A DNA stretch of 64,000 bases from the human T2T-CHM13v2.0 reference genome, Homo sapiens, in NCBI RefSeq assembly GCF_009914755.1, contig NC_060927.1; one strand, written 5' to 3'. Positions within the stretch are counted from its first letter, which is position 1; every line of letters begins with the position of its first letter. Below are positions 12,639 to 26,054 of the stretch, in pieces. The position numbers were made by a program, and so were the translations under genes. Under the pieces are notes generated by a model. It did not search any database. It had not been told where the DNA came from and saw only the letters and a program-made list of their open reading frames with translations.

Positions 12639-13655
12639 ATGACTGCTCTCTCTTCAGAGAACTGCTCTTTTCAGTACCAGTTACGTCAAACAAACCAGCC
12701 CCTAGATGTTAACTATCTGCTATTCTTGATCATACTTGGGAAAATATTATTAAATATCCTTACACTAGGAATGAGAAGAAAAAACACCTGTCAAAATTTT
12801 ATGGAATATTTTTGCATTTCACTAGCATTCGTTGATCTTTTACTTTTGGTAAACATTTCCATTATATTGTATTTCAGGGATTTTGTACTTTTAAGCATTA
12901 GGTTCACTAAATACCACATCTGCCTATTTACTCAAATTATTTCCTTTACTTATGGCTTTTTGCATTATCCAGTTTTCCTGACAGCTTGTATAGATTATTG
13001 CCTGAATTTCTCTAAAACAACCAAGCTTTCATTTAAGTGTCAAAAATTATTTTATTTCTTTACAGTAATTTTAATTTGGATTTCAGTCCTTGCTTATGTT
13101 TTGGGAGACCCAGCCATCTACCAAAGCCTGAAGGCACAGAATGCTTATTCTCGTCACTGTCCTTTCTATGTCAGCATTCAGAGTTACTGGCTGTCATTTT
13201 TCATGGTGATGATTTTATTTGTAGCTTTCATAACCTGTTGGGAAGAAGTTACTACTTTGGTACAGGCTATCAGGATAACTTCCTATATGAATGAAACTAT
13301 CTTATATTTTCCTTTTTCATCCCACTCCAGTTATACTGTGAGATCTAAAAAAATATTCTTATCCAAGCTCATTGTCTGTTTTCTCAGTACCTGGTTACCA
13401 TTTGTACTACTTCAGGTAATCATTGTTTTACTTAAAGTTCAGATTCCAGCATATATTGAGATGAATATTCCCTGGTTATACTTTGTCAATAGTTTTCTCA
13501 TTGCTACAGTGTATTGGTTTAATTGTCACAAGCTTAATTTAAAAGACATTGGATTACCTTTGGATCCATTTGTCAACTGGAAGTGCTGCTTCATTCCACT
13601 TACAATTCCTAATCTTGAGCAAATTGAAAAGCCTATATCAATAATGATTTGTTAA
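12639..13655 (+). CDS. GPR160: probable G protein-coupled receptor 160 (338 aa, 7TM orphan GPCR)
   Basis: intronless 338-aa ORF MTALSSENCSF...; seven hydrophobic segments, TM2 SLAFVDLL, TM6 STWLPF, Cys at TM3 start and in ECL2; sequence recognised as GPR160. Confidence 0.96.
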   Translation: MTALSSENCSFQYQLRQTNQPLDVNYLLFLIILGKILLNILTLGMRRKNTCQNFMEYFCISLAFVDLLLLVNISIILYFRDFVLLSIRFTKYHICLFTQIISFTYGFLHYPVFLTACIDYCLNFSKTTKLSFKCQKLFYFFTVILIWISVLAYVLGDPAIYQSLKAQNAYSRHCPFYVSIQSYWLSFFMVMILFVAFITCWEEVTTLVQAIRITSYMNETILYFPFSSHSSYTVRSKKIFLSKLIVCFLSTWLPFVLLQVIIVLLKVQIPAYIEMNIPWLYFVNSFLIATVYWFNCHKLNLKDIGLPLDPFVNWKCCFIPLTIPNLEQIEKPISIMIC

Positions 13656-14035
13656 TATTATTAATTAAAAGTTACAGCTGTCATAAGATCATAATTTTAT
13701 GAACAGAAAGAACTCAGGACATATTAAAAAATAAACTGAACTAAAACAACTTTTGCCCCCTGACTGATAGCATTTCAGAATGTGTCTTTTGAAGGGCTAT
13801 GATACCAGTTATTAAATAGTGTTTTATTTTAAAAACAAAATAATTCCAAGAAGTTTTTATAGTTATTCAGGGACACTATATTACAAATATTACTTTGTTA
13901 TTAACACAAAAAGTGATAAGAGTTAACATTTGGCTATACTGATGTTTGTGTTACTCAAAAAAACTACTGGATGCAAACTGTTATGTAAATCTGAGATTTC
14001 ACTGACAACTTTAAGATATCAACCTAAACATTTTT

Positions 14036-14041
14036 ATTAAA
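14036..14041 (+). terminator. GPR160: candidate GPR160 polyadenylation signal ATTAAA
   Basis: variant hexamer ~380 nt after the stop; alternatives at 13730 and 13811. Confidence 0.55.
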
Positions 14042-14349
14042 TGTTCAAATGAAAGCAAGAAAGTAAAAATTGTTCTTAAAATGATTTGGCATAAAGTTCA
14101 ATGTAAGAGGAAGAAGATTACCTCATTTTAAATGTAGCTAATTAATTTTAAAAAGTATATCTCTGTTTTTAATGCAAATATTCCTGGAAGAAGAGGGTTT
14201 TGGTTGCTCACCTTATGGAACTGGGAGCAGTGACTAGGTCCCTTTCGATGATTCAGCAGATTCGTTTTCATATTATAAAACTTGTATGTCATCACATACT
14301 TGCATATCACATCATAATCACGTTAGCAATGATGTATCACACGTAAAAG

Positions 14350-14540
14350 TAGAATTTCTCATCCTCGGCACGCTTGACATTTGGGGTTGGTTAATTTTTT
14401 GTTGTGGGGCAGTTTAGCAGGATCCCTGCTCTCTGCCCACTGACTGATTGGTGGCACCTCCATGCCCAGTAGACACAATAAAAAATGTCTCCAGACATTG
14501 CCAAATCTCCCCCGGTGGATAGGCAGAGTTGCTTCACTGG
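14350..14540 (+). mobile_element. MER20 (hAT-Charlie) fossil
   Basis: TTTCTCATCCTCGGCAC..TTGACATTTGGGG...AAAAATGTCTCCAGACATTGCCAAAT. Confidence 0.7.
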
Positions 14541-14989
14541 AGTAAAACAATATGAGTGGCAGGATCATCATCTTACATTACTTTAGGAATTAAGCTACAT
14601 AGATATTTTTTATCACCATTTAAAAATACTATATTGCATAAATCTAAACCTAGCTTTTCCTAAATTGGTGGCTTTTGATTTTTTTTGATATTTATAGTAA
14701 GATATATTTTTTAACATCATGACCTATAGACTTGTATGTACGTTTATGTGTACATACAAGTAACATACTTACCCTTACATAACATGTATAACATGTACAT
14801 GTACATACAAGTATAACAATACTTACCCTTACATATCATGCAAATATGTTTTTTAGTGTCATTTTTTAAATGCTGGTTTTTATCCACTAAATTGAGTTGA
14901 TGATCCACAAATGGATTACTTTCTGTTATTTGAAAAAATGTCCTAAAACAAGCGCTATGGAACACTAATAATGGCAAAAAGATTTAAGA

Positions 14990-15230
14990 AATGTGTCCTG
15001 TGTGCCAGGTACCGTCTTAAGTGTTTGTTTGTTTTACATGCAGCAACTGATTTAATCCTTATAGCAACTCTGACAGGAACTATTATCCCCTTCTTACAGA
15101 TGAGGAAATTTAAACATTGAAAGTAAGAAACTCACTATGATACAACTAGACAGACATTGGGGAAGCTGGGATGCAAACCCAGAATTCTGGTCCACAGTTC
15201 TTGCTCTTTACCACTATATTACATTGCCTT
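14990..15230 (-). mobile_element. MIR SINE
   Basis: TGTGCCAGG...TTTAATCCTT...ATTATCCCC..TTACAGATGAGGAAA...GCTGGGATGCAAACCCAG. Confidence 0.7.
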
Positions 15231-16270
15231 TCATTGGTGCCACTGACTTCTCAAAAAGAAAAGAATGGTTTCAGAGTCAAATGTGAAGAATGTTGTTTCT
15301 TAATTATTATTATTTATTTTTCACTTGAAAATGTACAACGCCCATGAACACCTTAAGGCTTTATAGTGCTATAATGAAGAAGAAGAAAACCATTTACTTG
15401 AGCACACAAGTCTCTTTAATTAGCTAAAATTAATTAATTAAGCATCTATAAAGACAAGTTGGGAAATGCTCCTGGAGAGTCAGTCAAGAATTCTTTGAGT
15501 AGCAGGTAATACAAACTCAACCTGAGCCATTCTAAGAACAAGCTGGATATTGGCAAGAACTTACTTAGTAAACTACTAGGAGAATCTCTCTGAGTTGTCG
15601 GTTTCCATCTTGTGTCCACAAAGTGGGTGTTCTGGCTGCCAGCAGCTCAGGGCTTTCATAATTAATTACACTTACTTAAAGCATCTCCTAACTTCTTCAA
15701 ATATACAGTCCCGGGGAATGACTGTTCAACCTGACTTCAATCATATGTCCACCTCTCTATGATCAGATCTGTTAACAGAAGACATGGCAGGGAAGAGAAA
15801 TAATAACCAATATAATGGGTGGTACAATGTTAAAATATATATATACTTGAGAAAATAATAAATAATAGGAATAAAAATCACATTCTTTCTATAAAAACCA
15901 AATGCATATAGACAGCCAACTATATCGAAAGTTTAGGACAAATAATCCTATGTTCAAGACAACATCAGGGTGTGTTTAAACAGTTTAGAACTCTTCTTAA
16001 ACCCGGCCCCCTCTTTCCTTCTATTACTTTTTCCTCTAAATATATTGCCTTCTAGTTGTTGGCCAAATATGGGACTGAAATATGTTTAAATATATTGAAA
16101 TTAATCAGTAAAGACTTGCTTACACTCTTTGCAGATTTTAAATCAGGAGATTTTTAAAACCATTTCAAACCTCACTAAGCTTTTTGTTTTGTTTACACAG
16201 AGGATTCCCCATGTCTCATAAGCTTAAAGAAAAAAAAATTATTCAATAGACCAGTCAAATGGAAGAGGCT

Positions 16271-16276
16271 TTTATT
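16271..16276 (-). terminator. PHC3: distal PHC3 polyadenylation signal AATAAA
   Basis: plus-strand TTTATT; minus-strand TGTA at 16293-16296 and 16304-16307; T-rich tract downstream (~16229-16238). Confidence 0.7.
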
Positions 16277-17554
16277 TGTAAAGAAATGAACTTACAACTG
16301 ATCTACAATATATTATTGTAATATAAACAATATAAATAAATGATCCTGTAGGCCCACTAATCTTCCATCCAGACCCACATGAAGCAATGTTACAACAATA
16401 TTCTATATGAAAATGTGCAGGTAACAAAGGTGCAATTACAAGCAAGTTAAGCAGCAGAGTATAAGGTGCTTTAATTTAATAGTTAATGTTGCCATCAACA
16501 AACATTTAAATGCTCAATTTACTTCACTGAATACAGACACAACAAATATGAAAATCTAAATTCATACACATGCTACTTAATATGAAAGTGCTTTCTCTTT
16601 TTTAAAAAAATACACCAAATGGACACTTTTTACATAGATCAAATGTGCTCTTACAATGCAAAATTAACCTTCATTTTCAGGTTATACATTTTAAAACTGT
16701 AGCTATCAACACCAATCTAGGAACTCTAATGCTAAGAGTGCTAAAAACTATTTCATTTCTTGTAAGGAGGACTCTAATACAATATCCAATGTAAAGAATA
16801 CATCTATATATAATCTTAACATGTTTTCTGTAAAGATAAAAAATGTTTTCTTTCCCCTTGGTGATCTTTGTTCATCCTGGGTGGATCATCTTTTGAGGTT
16901 TTAATAATATGAAAGTCCTATTTTAGAACAATGGGAGGAACCAAAAGGGGAATTAAAAAATTGGTTAACGTGTGCTTGAAGCATCCAAAAAACACCAGTT
17001 TATCACAACAATTGGTCTTTGCTAAAATTAACAAAATTTTAATAAGCAAGACAACAAAAAGTACTAATTTAAAAGGCTTGAAATGCCTGCCACCATTGTC
17101 AGTATCCATCCATCCAACCTTCATTTACTACAAGCACAATACTACTTTGAGGATAGTTTTTGGAACTTATTTTGACTTTTTTCCCTATAGGAAAAACAAA
17201 GACCAAGCTTTTGAAGGAGAGGACTGGGAATCTAGTTTAAATGTCTACATCCAAAATTATATCATCTTTGCGCATTCAGTTGACTTTTTAAAATTTAAGA
17301 ATACATATACAAAAAGTACTTATGGAATACATATTTTAACAGCATAACATATTTGAAGAATTAGTTACACTTTAAAAATTAAAACACTTGAAAAGTATTT
17401 TTTAAACCAGTACCATGGAATAACTTTTTGAAACCCAGATTATCTGGCTACTTAGATGATAGTCTTCCTGTTTTCAATTAGTTTGAAAGATTCTAATATA
17501 GATTCTAACCCAACAGTTTATATGGATATTTTCCTGCTTTAAAAAGCTGCAACA

Positions 17555-17855
<301 letters not shown>

Positions 17856-18298
17856 GCTAAAACAATGATAAACTATTTTTAATAGATATTTTCATTCTAT
17901 ATCTTTATGGAGAATGTCAGTATCAACTGATGTTAACAAGTAAAGCTTTGTCAACAGGAATTACAATGTGATTCACAGATCCCAGAATGACAAGGAAGGG
18001 ACCTTAACCCAATAAATGATTCTCCCATTCAATGTTTACCCCCTAGATACTTAACAATTCAAGCATGGAACTGTTTCATGTTTACCCGTTCTACATTTAA
18101 AGGATGCCCTTTTACTATATATGTGCTTTCTAGAATATTACTGATTCTTACATATCTTTAAAAGTTGGATATTTGTAATAGCTTAAAGTACAGTAACACT
18201 TATTTTGTGTAATCTTTCTTAATTTAAAAACAAAAAATAAATGAACAAGTCAGTTCCAATGATCTCCTTTGAGATTTTTCAGTTTTAGAAAGTTGCTA

Positions 18299-18722
<424 letters not shown>

Positions 18723-20608
18723 TCAAGTGTCAAAATAATGTTGTGAAATACGGGCTGTCTCAACCTGTAAGTCCTTAATGTTAAGTCTCCTAAATTTTGT
18801 AACTTAATCAGGTATGGGGCCAACTGATGTTTAGTATGTGAAATGTGTTATAAAAATTATGATATGATTCACTCAGACCCCTTAGATGTCATCTAGCCTA
18901 ACCCTTTACCCAATGTATACAAATATTCCCTCCCAGTTCCAAGTTTATTAAGATTCCCTCTCAGTATATTAAGTAGTAATGATTATGTTCATATTTATTT
19001 AAGCCACAATGAATTTTGGGGGGAAGATTTTACTTACTACTAGTTCCTCATGTCATGTTCACCAAACACTGCACATGTAAGTGTTCAAATAGTTTGCTAA
19101 ATGAATTTAAGTACATGAATGACAATATTCATATGTGTTCATATATTCAGTGGTTAACCAATAAGGAGCATTTAGGAAAATGTCATCATTTGCTTGTTAT
19201 GTATGAATTTTCTATTTTAATCCTTAGGAGAACAAAAACTGTAGGTGACCCAAGAAATGGATGCTTATTAAGTATAAAATGAACCCTTAAAAAAGGAAAG
19301 AGAATAAAGTAGGAATAACCCCATTACACAGCCTAGAATCATAGTTTTAGAGCTGGGAGGTACCTTAAAGATGAATTAAACCAAAATCAACTTTTGAGTA
19401 GTACAGGCACCATACTGCATATCTGGAAGCTGTTAAAACAGCTGAGTAATTGCCCAACATGTCACACACAGCTAACCCACTGAAATAAAACCCCAGTCTC
19501 CAGACCAGTGTGTTAATCCTCATTCATCATCATCTTAATTCATTATTTACTACTGAAATAGATTATTTACTGATTATTTAATACTACCCAAAACAAAAAA
19601 TACTTTTAAGAGAAGCATTCTAAATAAAGATTTAAACACTAGACACTTCTGGTTTACTTTAGGCAAGACTAAAAAATTCTTTCTAAAACAGGTTGATGTT
19701 TAACTTCACTAATGACTAGACACCCCACCACTCTCTCATAAACACCAACTTTTTCACCACCATCACTTAAAGCTCCACAAAGCTTGGATTTAACACTGAT
19801 AATATTCCATGAAATATAACTTTTAAGCCAATAAGTGATGGTGACTATCAATCCTTAAGATGATTACTGGAGTAAATTTAAACAGGTGCTCTAAAAGAAC
19901 TTACTACCTTACTCTTATATTTAATTAACACCTTGCCATGTTAGTATAACAGTGTTTTCAAATTATGTTGTTTTCAAAACTGAAATTCATTCATTACTCT
20001 GCTTTTTTTAAACAACAAATTTTGTTTTCTTTCTATGGATTCATACTGAACACCACCAGTATCACTGAGAGGACTAGTACTTGTAAAAAGCAGTAGAAAC
20101 AAAAATATTTTTCAAAAGTATAAAGCTAGCTAGAACCTCACTATGTTGTACCTCTAACATTTCCGATTAAAATTGTCATCTTTAAGTAAAATTAAATGTC
20201 AACAAACTATAAAAGGGAAAAAATAAAACATCTGGAAAACATTTCCCAAATGTTCCCATAAACATGACACTTGGAAGGGGTGTGTGCATGTGTCTGAGTA
20301 GAAAAGCTGATCTTCAGAGCTGAAAAGGAGGGCAGAGATTCTCCCTTAATGTATGTTTTCTAAATTGAAAGTTTAGAAAAAGCCATATTCTCTGGAATGT
20401 GATGGTAATAATTATATTTGTATTATTTGTATTAATGCTTTACAACTTTCAAAAAAAAGCTTTCTCATAGTACAATTTTAAAACGGATTAGGTTCTAAAA
20501 ACTAATATGTAAAACTTTGAAAATTCTTAAAAATTTAGGAAATTCTTTTTCCAAAGAAGGTAATCTAATTTTAAATTTATTTGAAGAAAGCTTATATAAC
20601 TACTGTGA

Positions 20609-21007
<399 letters not shown>

Positions 21008-24000
21008 TGAAATTTTAGTAAGATTGCATATTTACTTTTCCTAATACTGTATTTGTGCTTATCTAAAGTGGATCACAATCTTTGAGATGAAATTAAATGC
21101 TCCAAGTAGATTTGTAAAATACCAATATTGATGAATGTGGGTAAACAGTTCATTTCATGATCCACACTGCTGTGAACCAAAGAAGCAGAGGTAGGCTTGT
21201 GTTTACTGAAATCCAGACTAGGAAAGAGAAACCTATAGCTCTTCTTTTCCCAATTCTTAGACTGAGACACAACCTAGCAAATAAAATACTATCTTAAAAT
21301 GCCTCTCTTTATAACAATCTACAGAGGTGATTCAACTGTGATATCTGAAAATGGAAACTCTGTAATTCTGGCAACTCAATTACAACAACCTTTGAATTTT
21401 TGACAAATATTCTCCAACTGTAATAAAAGGTTCTCACCTTTTTCAGAAATCAAAAATCACTAACTTCTACATCACTGGAACTATTAATATCCATGCTCCC
21501 AAGCATGGAGACAGTGGGTATAGAGAGTGAAAGAATGAGTCTGATTACAGGTAAATCTTGACATATAAAAACTATAACCTATTTACTGCTATAACTGGCA
21601 TCTAACAAAACGCATTATTTTGAACTATGGATGAAAGCCATATCTATCCTAAATATCTTCTATCCTCTTGGGTCTAGAATGCTTTGTTCCTCCTACTTGT
21701 CTCCTCCTCTACTTCCCTATCCTTCCCCCTAGAAAACCTTCCTTAGGGCCCAGCTAGTTACATATGTAGTACACAAGATAGAGATTGAGCAATCATTTTG
21801 CATAGATGCGCCAGTTTCCACTGCCCAAAGGTTGCTCTGGAACATGACTGTCAGGTATCAGAAAGTCCTGCCCCAGCTGCCTCCCTTCCTAAAGTTAGCC
21901 CCCATACGAAATCCTCTCTAACGATTCTGAGACAAAGATCTCTCCAAGAAAGAAGTTTTCATGGTTTTCTTGGAGCTAGAGGCCTTAGAGAGGTAGTGAG
22001 ATGAGGCCCTTTCATGCCATTAGCTAATGCTCAATGCCAGTAGGCTGCATGTGTTCCTGCAATCCACCAAGGTGAAAACCACAAACTATAACCAGGCTGT
22101 TCTGGCTGAAAATACATCTTTAAAACATTTTAACAGTGTGTCCAGTCAGTTTCATCCACTGGATATGGCTGTCAGGTCAGCATCACTCACATACATCTAT
22201 AATAGTGTATTCTTTCAAAAATTGTTTATACACACTTAATATAGGCATATAGCCTAAGACTATATTGCCTCCCTACCATACTTGTGCCATTGTGGTACCA
22301 AAAGCCTGAAGATGTACATAATGTACTTTAAGACATTTAACTGAACAAGTCAGTGGGAGACAGGGCACTATAACACATTTCAATTCAATCTAAGACTTGT
22401 ATTTGTGAATAGATGTCTCATTATAATTTTATACTTGATACATGAAGATAAGCTACGTCAAAAATTATTCAAAGGCATGATCACAATAATACTTGTTTCA
22501 TAGTTCTAAGTATTTTGATACACCAGGAAACAAAAATCAACTGGGATCCCTAATGAAAGAAAATTATTTCTTCTAAGTAAAACATGAATTTCACTTCAAA
22601 AGTGCAGAAATGTGCTCAGTGTTGAAGTAGGCTAAGCTAACAAGGATGATGGCCTCCTCCTCTGACTCTTCCCATGCTCAAGCTTTTGCATTACCATTTC
22701 TCTCCTCCCATTCCACCTTGTCTACTCCTAGGTGACTGCTCTTAAAACACACCTTTTAAAAAGTTCTGTTTAGAGCATTCAACAGCAAAGTAACAGGACC
22801 ATCAGGGAAATAATATGCTACTTAAAAAGTGACAGGAGGATTTGGGACAACACTCTATCTCATACTATATTGACTACTCAAAGCTGCATAGCTGTGTCTT
22901 ACACATGCCTACACAAGGCTTGATGAATATTAATGTCATATAAAAAATAATTTTTACAAATCAGCTCTCTTAGTTGTTTAACTTCCCCAGGAACACAGGG
23001 CTTAAAGCAAAATTTCAAACTTATGCTTTTTATCCCAATGGGACAAAGAGTGCAACACTGCAAGGAAGTCAGAAAATGCAAACTTAGGTAGCAAAAGTAG
23101 GAAGAACCTCCATGTTCCCTTTCTGTTTGTCATTATCTCTCCCCAGTCAAAATCCTAAAACTATTAGTAGTAGTATGAAAGGATATGAAAACAATTTACT
23201 CTCCCCACCTATATCATACTGAAACTCTGCTTTAAAGCTCAGGAGAGAGGTGGATGCTCAGTGTTGTCTATATATCCATTATATATAGCTGAAGCTTTGA
23301 AATTAAGATGATTAACTCATCTTGAAAGAAACAGCTGCACCAATGTGATAGCAAACAAGCCATTTTTAAATAAAAACTCACTTGAAAAAAGCAAGTGCAT
23401 ATTTTGTGTATGTTTTGAGTGGGGACAACAGAGATCTGGACTAGATTTAAGATTATACGGTATTCTCCAATAGAAAACCCTCTTGTAAGCCCCTCCTGAA
23501 TACTTAAGACAGCAGTAGGCACAGGGGCTTTCAATAAGTACAGAATGGCTGCTATTAGGAAAGAGAACAAATAAAAGGAGAGCCTACAACACAGTTCAAA
23601 ATTGATACCTTAAAGGCCATAGGTAATACAGTTATAGGATGTAATCATTATTGCTGGAGCAGTCTATCCCCATATAATAAATTTTGTATTAACCGTGGAT
23701 AATCTATGAAAAGTTTTAATTCCAGGCGAGATTTTCCGTTGCACCTCTCTCTCTCATACTGTGGGCCATCTCTTACTAATGCTTAGCCTGTATTTGTGTT
23801 CTGAAATTCCAAGAAGAGGGAAAAGTCAAGCATATGACAATTCTGTCATGATGATTAACTGCTAATAAATGAAAACTCATTATAGAGTACCTAGCTTTCC
23901 TTGATACTTTAATCCAATGATTAAAAATGTGATATAAAGAAATACGTAACATAGACTACAAGCTATCGTAGGTCTGGAACATGAGCCTTATATTATATTA

Positions 24001-25013
24001 CATATTCTAATCCTACATGTAACTATCAGTAAACATCTTTTTTTAAAACATTACTACACAAAGAATTCCACAAAGCATACATTCAAACAAGAGGCATCTA
24101 AAGATTAAAAAAATTACCCGCTGTATTTTTGTATAAAAATAATCAACATTCTCTAATGTACACAAAGCCAAAAGATAAATATAGTATCTGTGATGTCTTC
24201 AGTGACATCTTTAGTCTTCTACTAGCTCAACACAATCTTTTTGAAAAGAGCAGTGAAAATGACTGAAACTCACGGACTCTTTTTTTCCCCTCCTTACTCG
24301 ACTTCTGCCAAATATCTGTGTATGTTCCTTCAATTACTAAAATATCTCAATTGTGGTAATATAAGAAAAGATGAAAACAAAACATTCATCATCTCAAATA
24401 AAATTTTTGATGTCCAGGACTATAAAGCTTTCAGGGCTTCCACAAACAATTTTGTTTTAGTGTCATAATTCTATAGAACACTGTTCAGTAAAAGGTTTTG
24501 CTTTACATTTTTTTCCTCAAACATGTACATACAAAATTATATCCGATGGTTCAAGAGAAATCACTTGGTAAGTGCTTTGCAGGAAGCATGCAAACGTTTG
24601 GTAAAGGAAGTAGGAATGTGCATTCTAGCTAGTCCCAGCATGTTCAACAATAGAAAAAAATCCAAAGAGCAACCACGTATCTGCTACAAACTATTTTCTT
24701 GCCAGAAAAGGCTGTGCACTAGTTCATAGGTATAATCATATTATGTCTTCGTCAGTGCAGAGGAGCACAGAGGTATGAAAGATAATCAGAATGAATTAGT
24801 ACTTTCTGAGAGTTAAATTATTTGCATGTTTGTCCTTATTTTATAGGACAATTTGTAGATTTTTTTCTTTTTCTAGTATGATTAAACTAGAAAAAATTAT
24901 TCAGCAGAATATTAATGTTATCTGAATAATACTTCCATCATATATGTTTAGTAAGCTTCATCCTTTAAAAGTATTCCTTTGGGTGAAAACAATATTTATC
25001 ACTCCTTCTATAT

Positions 25014-25243
25014 CAGAGTTTCTCAACCTTGGCAGTACCGATATTTTTGAACCAATAATTCTTTACAGTGGAGGGGTGCTGTCCTGTGCATTATAAGATG
25101 TTTAGAAACATCTCTGGCTTCTAACTACTAGACACCAGTAGCAACCCTCCCCTGAACCCACCCCCAAGCTGTGACAACCAAAATGTCTCAACATTGCCAG
25201 ATGTCCCCTGGCGATCAAAACTGACCTCCACTGAGAACCACTG
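25014..25243 (+). mobile_element. MER20 (hAT-Charlie), near full length, in PHC3 3'UTR
   Basis: CAGAGTTTCTCAACCTTGGCA...TGAGAACCACTG termini; hAT-like 8-bp flanks TTCTATAT/CTCTAAAT. Confidence 0.8.
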
Positions 25244-25899
25244 CTCTAAATAAATGTACAAAAACTGAGAGGAAAACGTTCTCAGTCAAACCAAATTCTT
25301 GGTCAAGTTTGGAATAGAAACTAACTCTTCTCACTTCCAGATCAGTATTGTTCATACTAGAACACAATTCCTTTTTTATAGATAAAGCATATGTCTAAAA
25401 GACATGTTTTTTAAAATGTACACTGATTTCATACGATTCTGTCACTGGACTACTAAATTATTCCATAATATACCTCTCATGACAACCTTTAGAAAACTAA
25501 TAGGGTAGAAAAAATGTATAAGAAAATTGAATCAAAAGAGGAGAAATGTAAATCATTAAATTACTTTTAAAAGGATTCTTTATATTAATGATAAACATCA
25601 CCTTTAAAAAAATTATCTAGTATAACACATTTCTTTGAAAAATATCATGGCCCTCTGTAACAAGTCTTTCAATGTTTCATGTAACCTGTAAAATTAATTT
25701 TACCAATGTTTATTAATTATGAAAATGCATGATGAATTATTATACCTGTAGAAGAAATGTCAGTATTTGATGTGGAGATCCCAATGTGCTTGGCTATCCA
25801 CCACAATAAGTGTCATATTCTAGACCAAGTTAGGCCTTTACCTTACAAGTTTTTGTGAGAAAAGTAAAACTGCTGTTTTATCAAGGCTTCATGTTCCTG

Positions 25900-26054
25900 T
25901 TAAGATTCCTTCAGAGAGTTGATGCGTGCACAGATCTTCAGGGCTGGGCCTAGCTTGATATTCATTGCACTCATGAGATGGTCTTCTTTCAGCAAGAGAA
26001 GGGCCTGTCCATCAATCTCCTGTGCTCTGAATTCATCTGCGATATCCTGGCAGC
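25900..26054 (-). CDS. PHC3: PHC3 last coding exon: C-terminal SAM domain
   Basis: ttccag|GC TGC CAG...: (G)CQDIADEFRAQEIDGQALLLLKEDHLMSAMNIKLGPALKICARINSLKES*, stop TAA at 25900-25902. Confidence 0.96.

Larger units (their letters stand above)
12571..14060 (+). other. GPR160: GPR160 terminal exon (5'UTR end, whole CDS, 3'UTR); 3' end approximate
   Basis: strong acceptor TTTTCTTTTCACTTTTTTTGCAG|G at 12570/12571; poly(A) signals at 13730 (AATAAA), 13811 and 14036 (ATTAAA). Confidence 0.8.

Noticed and set aside
13037-13294. 85-aa alternative-frame ORF inside GPR160
   Set aside because: GTG start deep within the CDS, no recognisable motif; length compatible with chance
16931-17347. 138-aa plus-strand ORF antisense to the PHC3 3'UTR
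   Set aside because: K/N/T/I-rich composition reflects A-rich DNA; no domain or splice support visible
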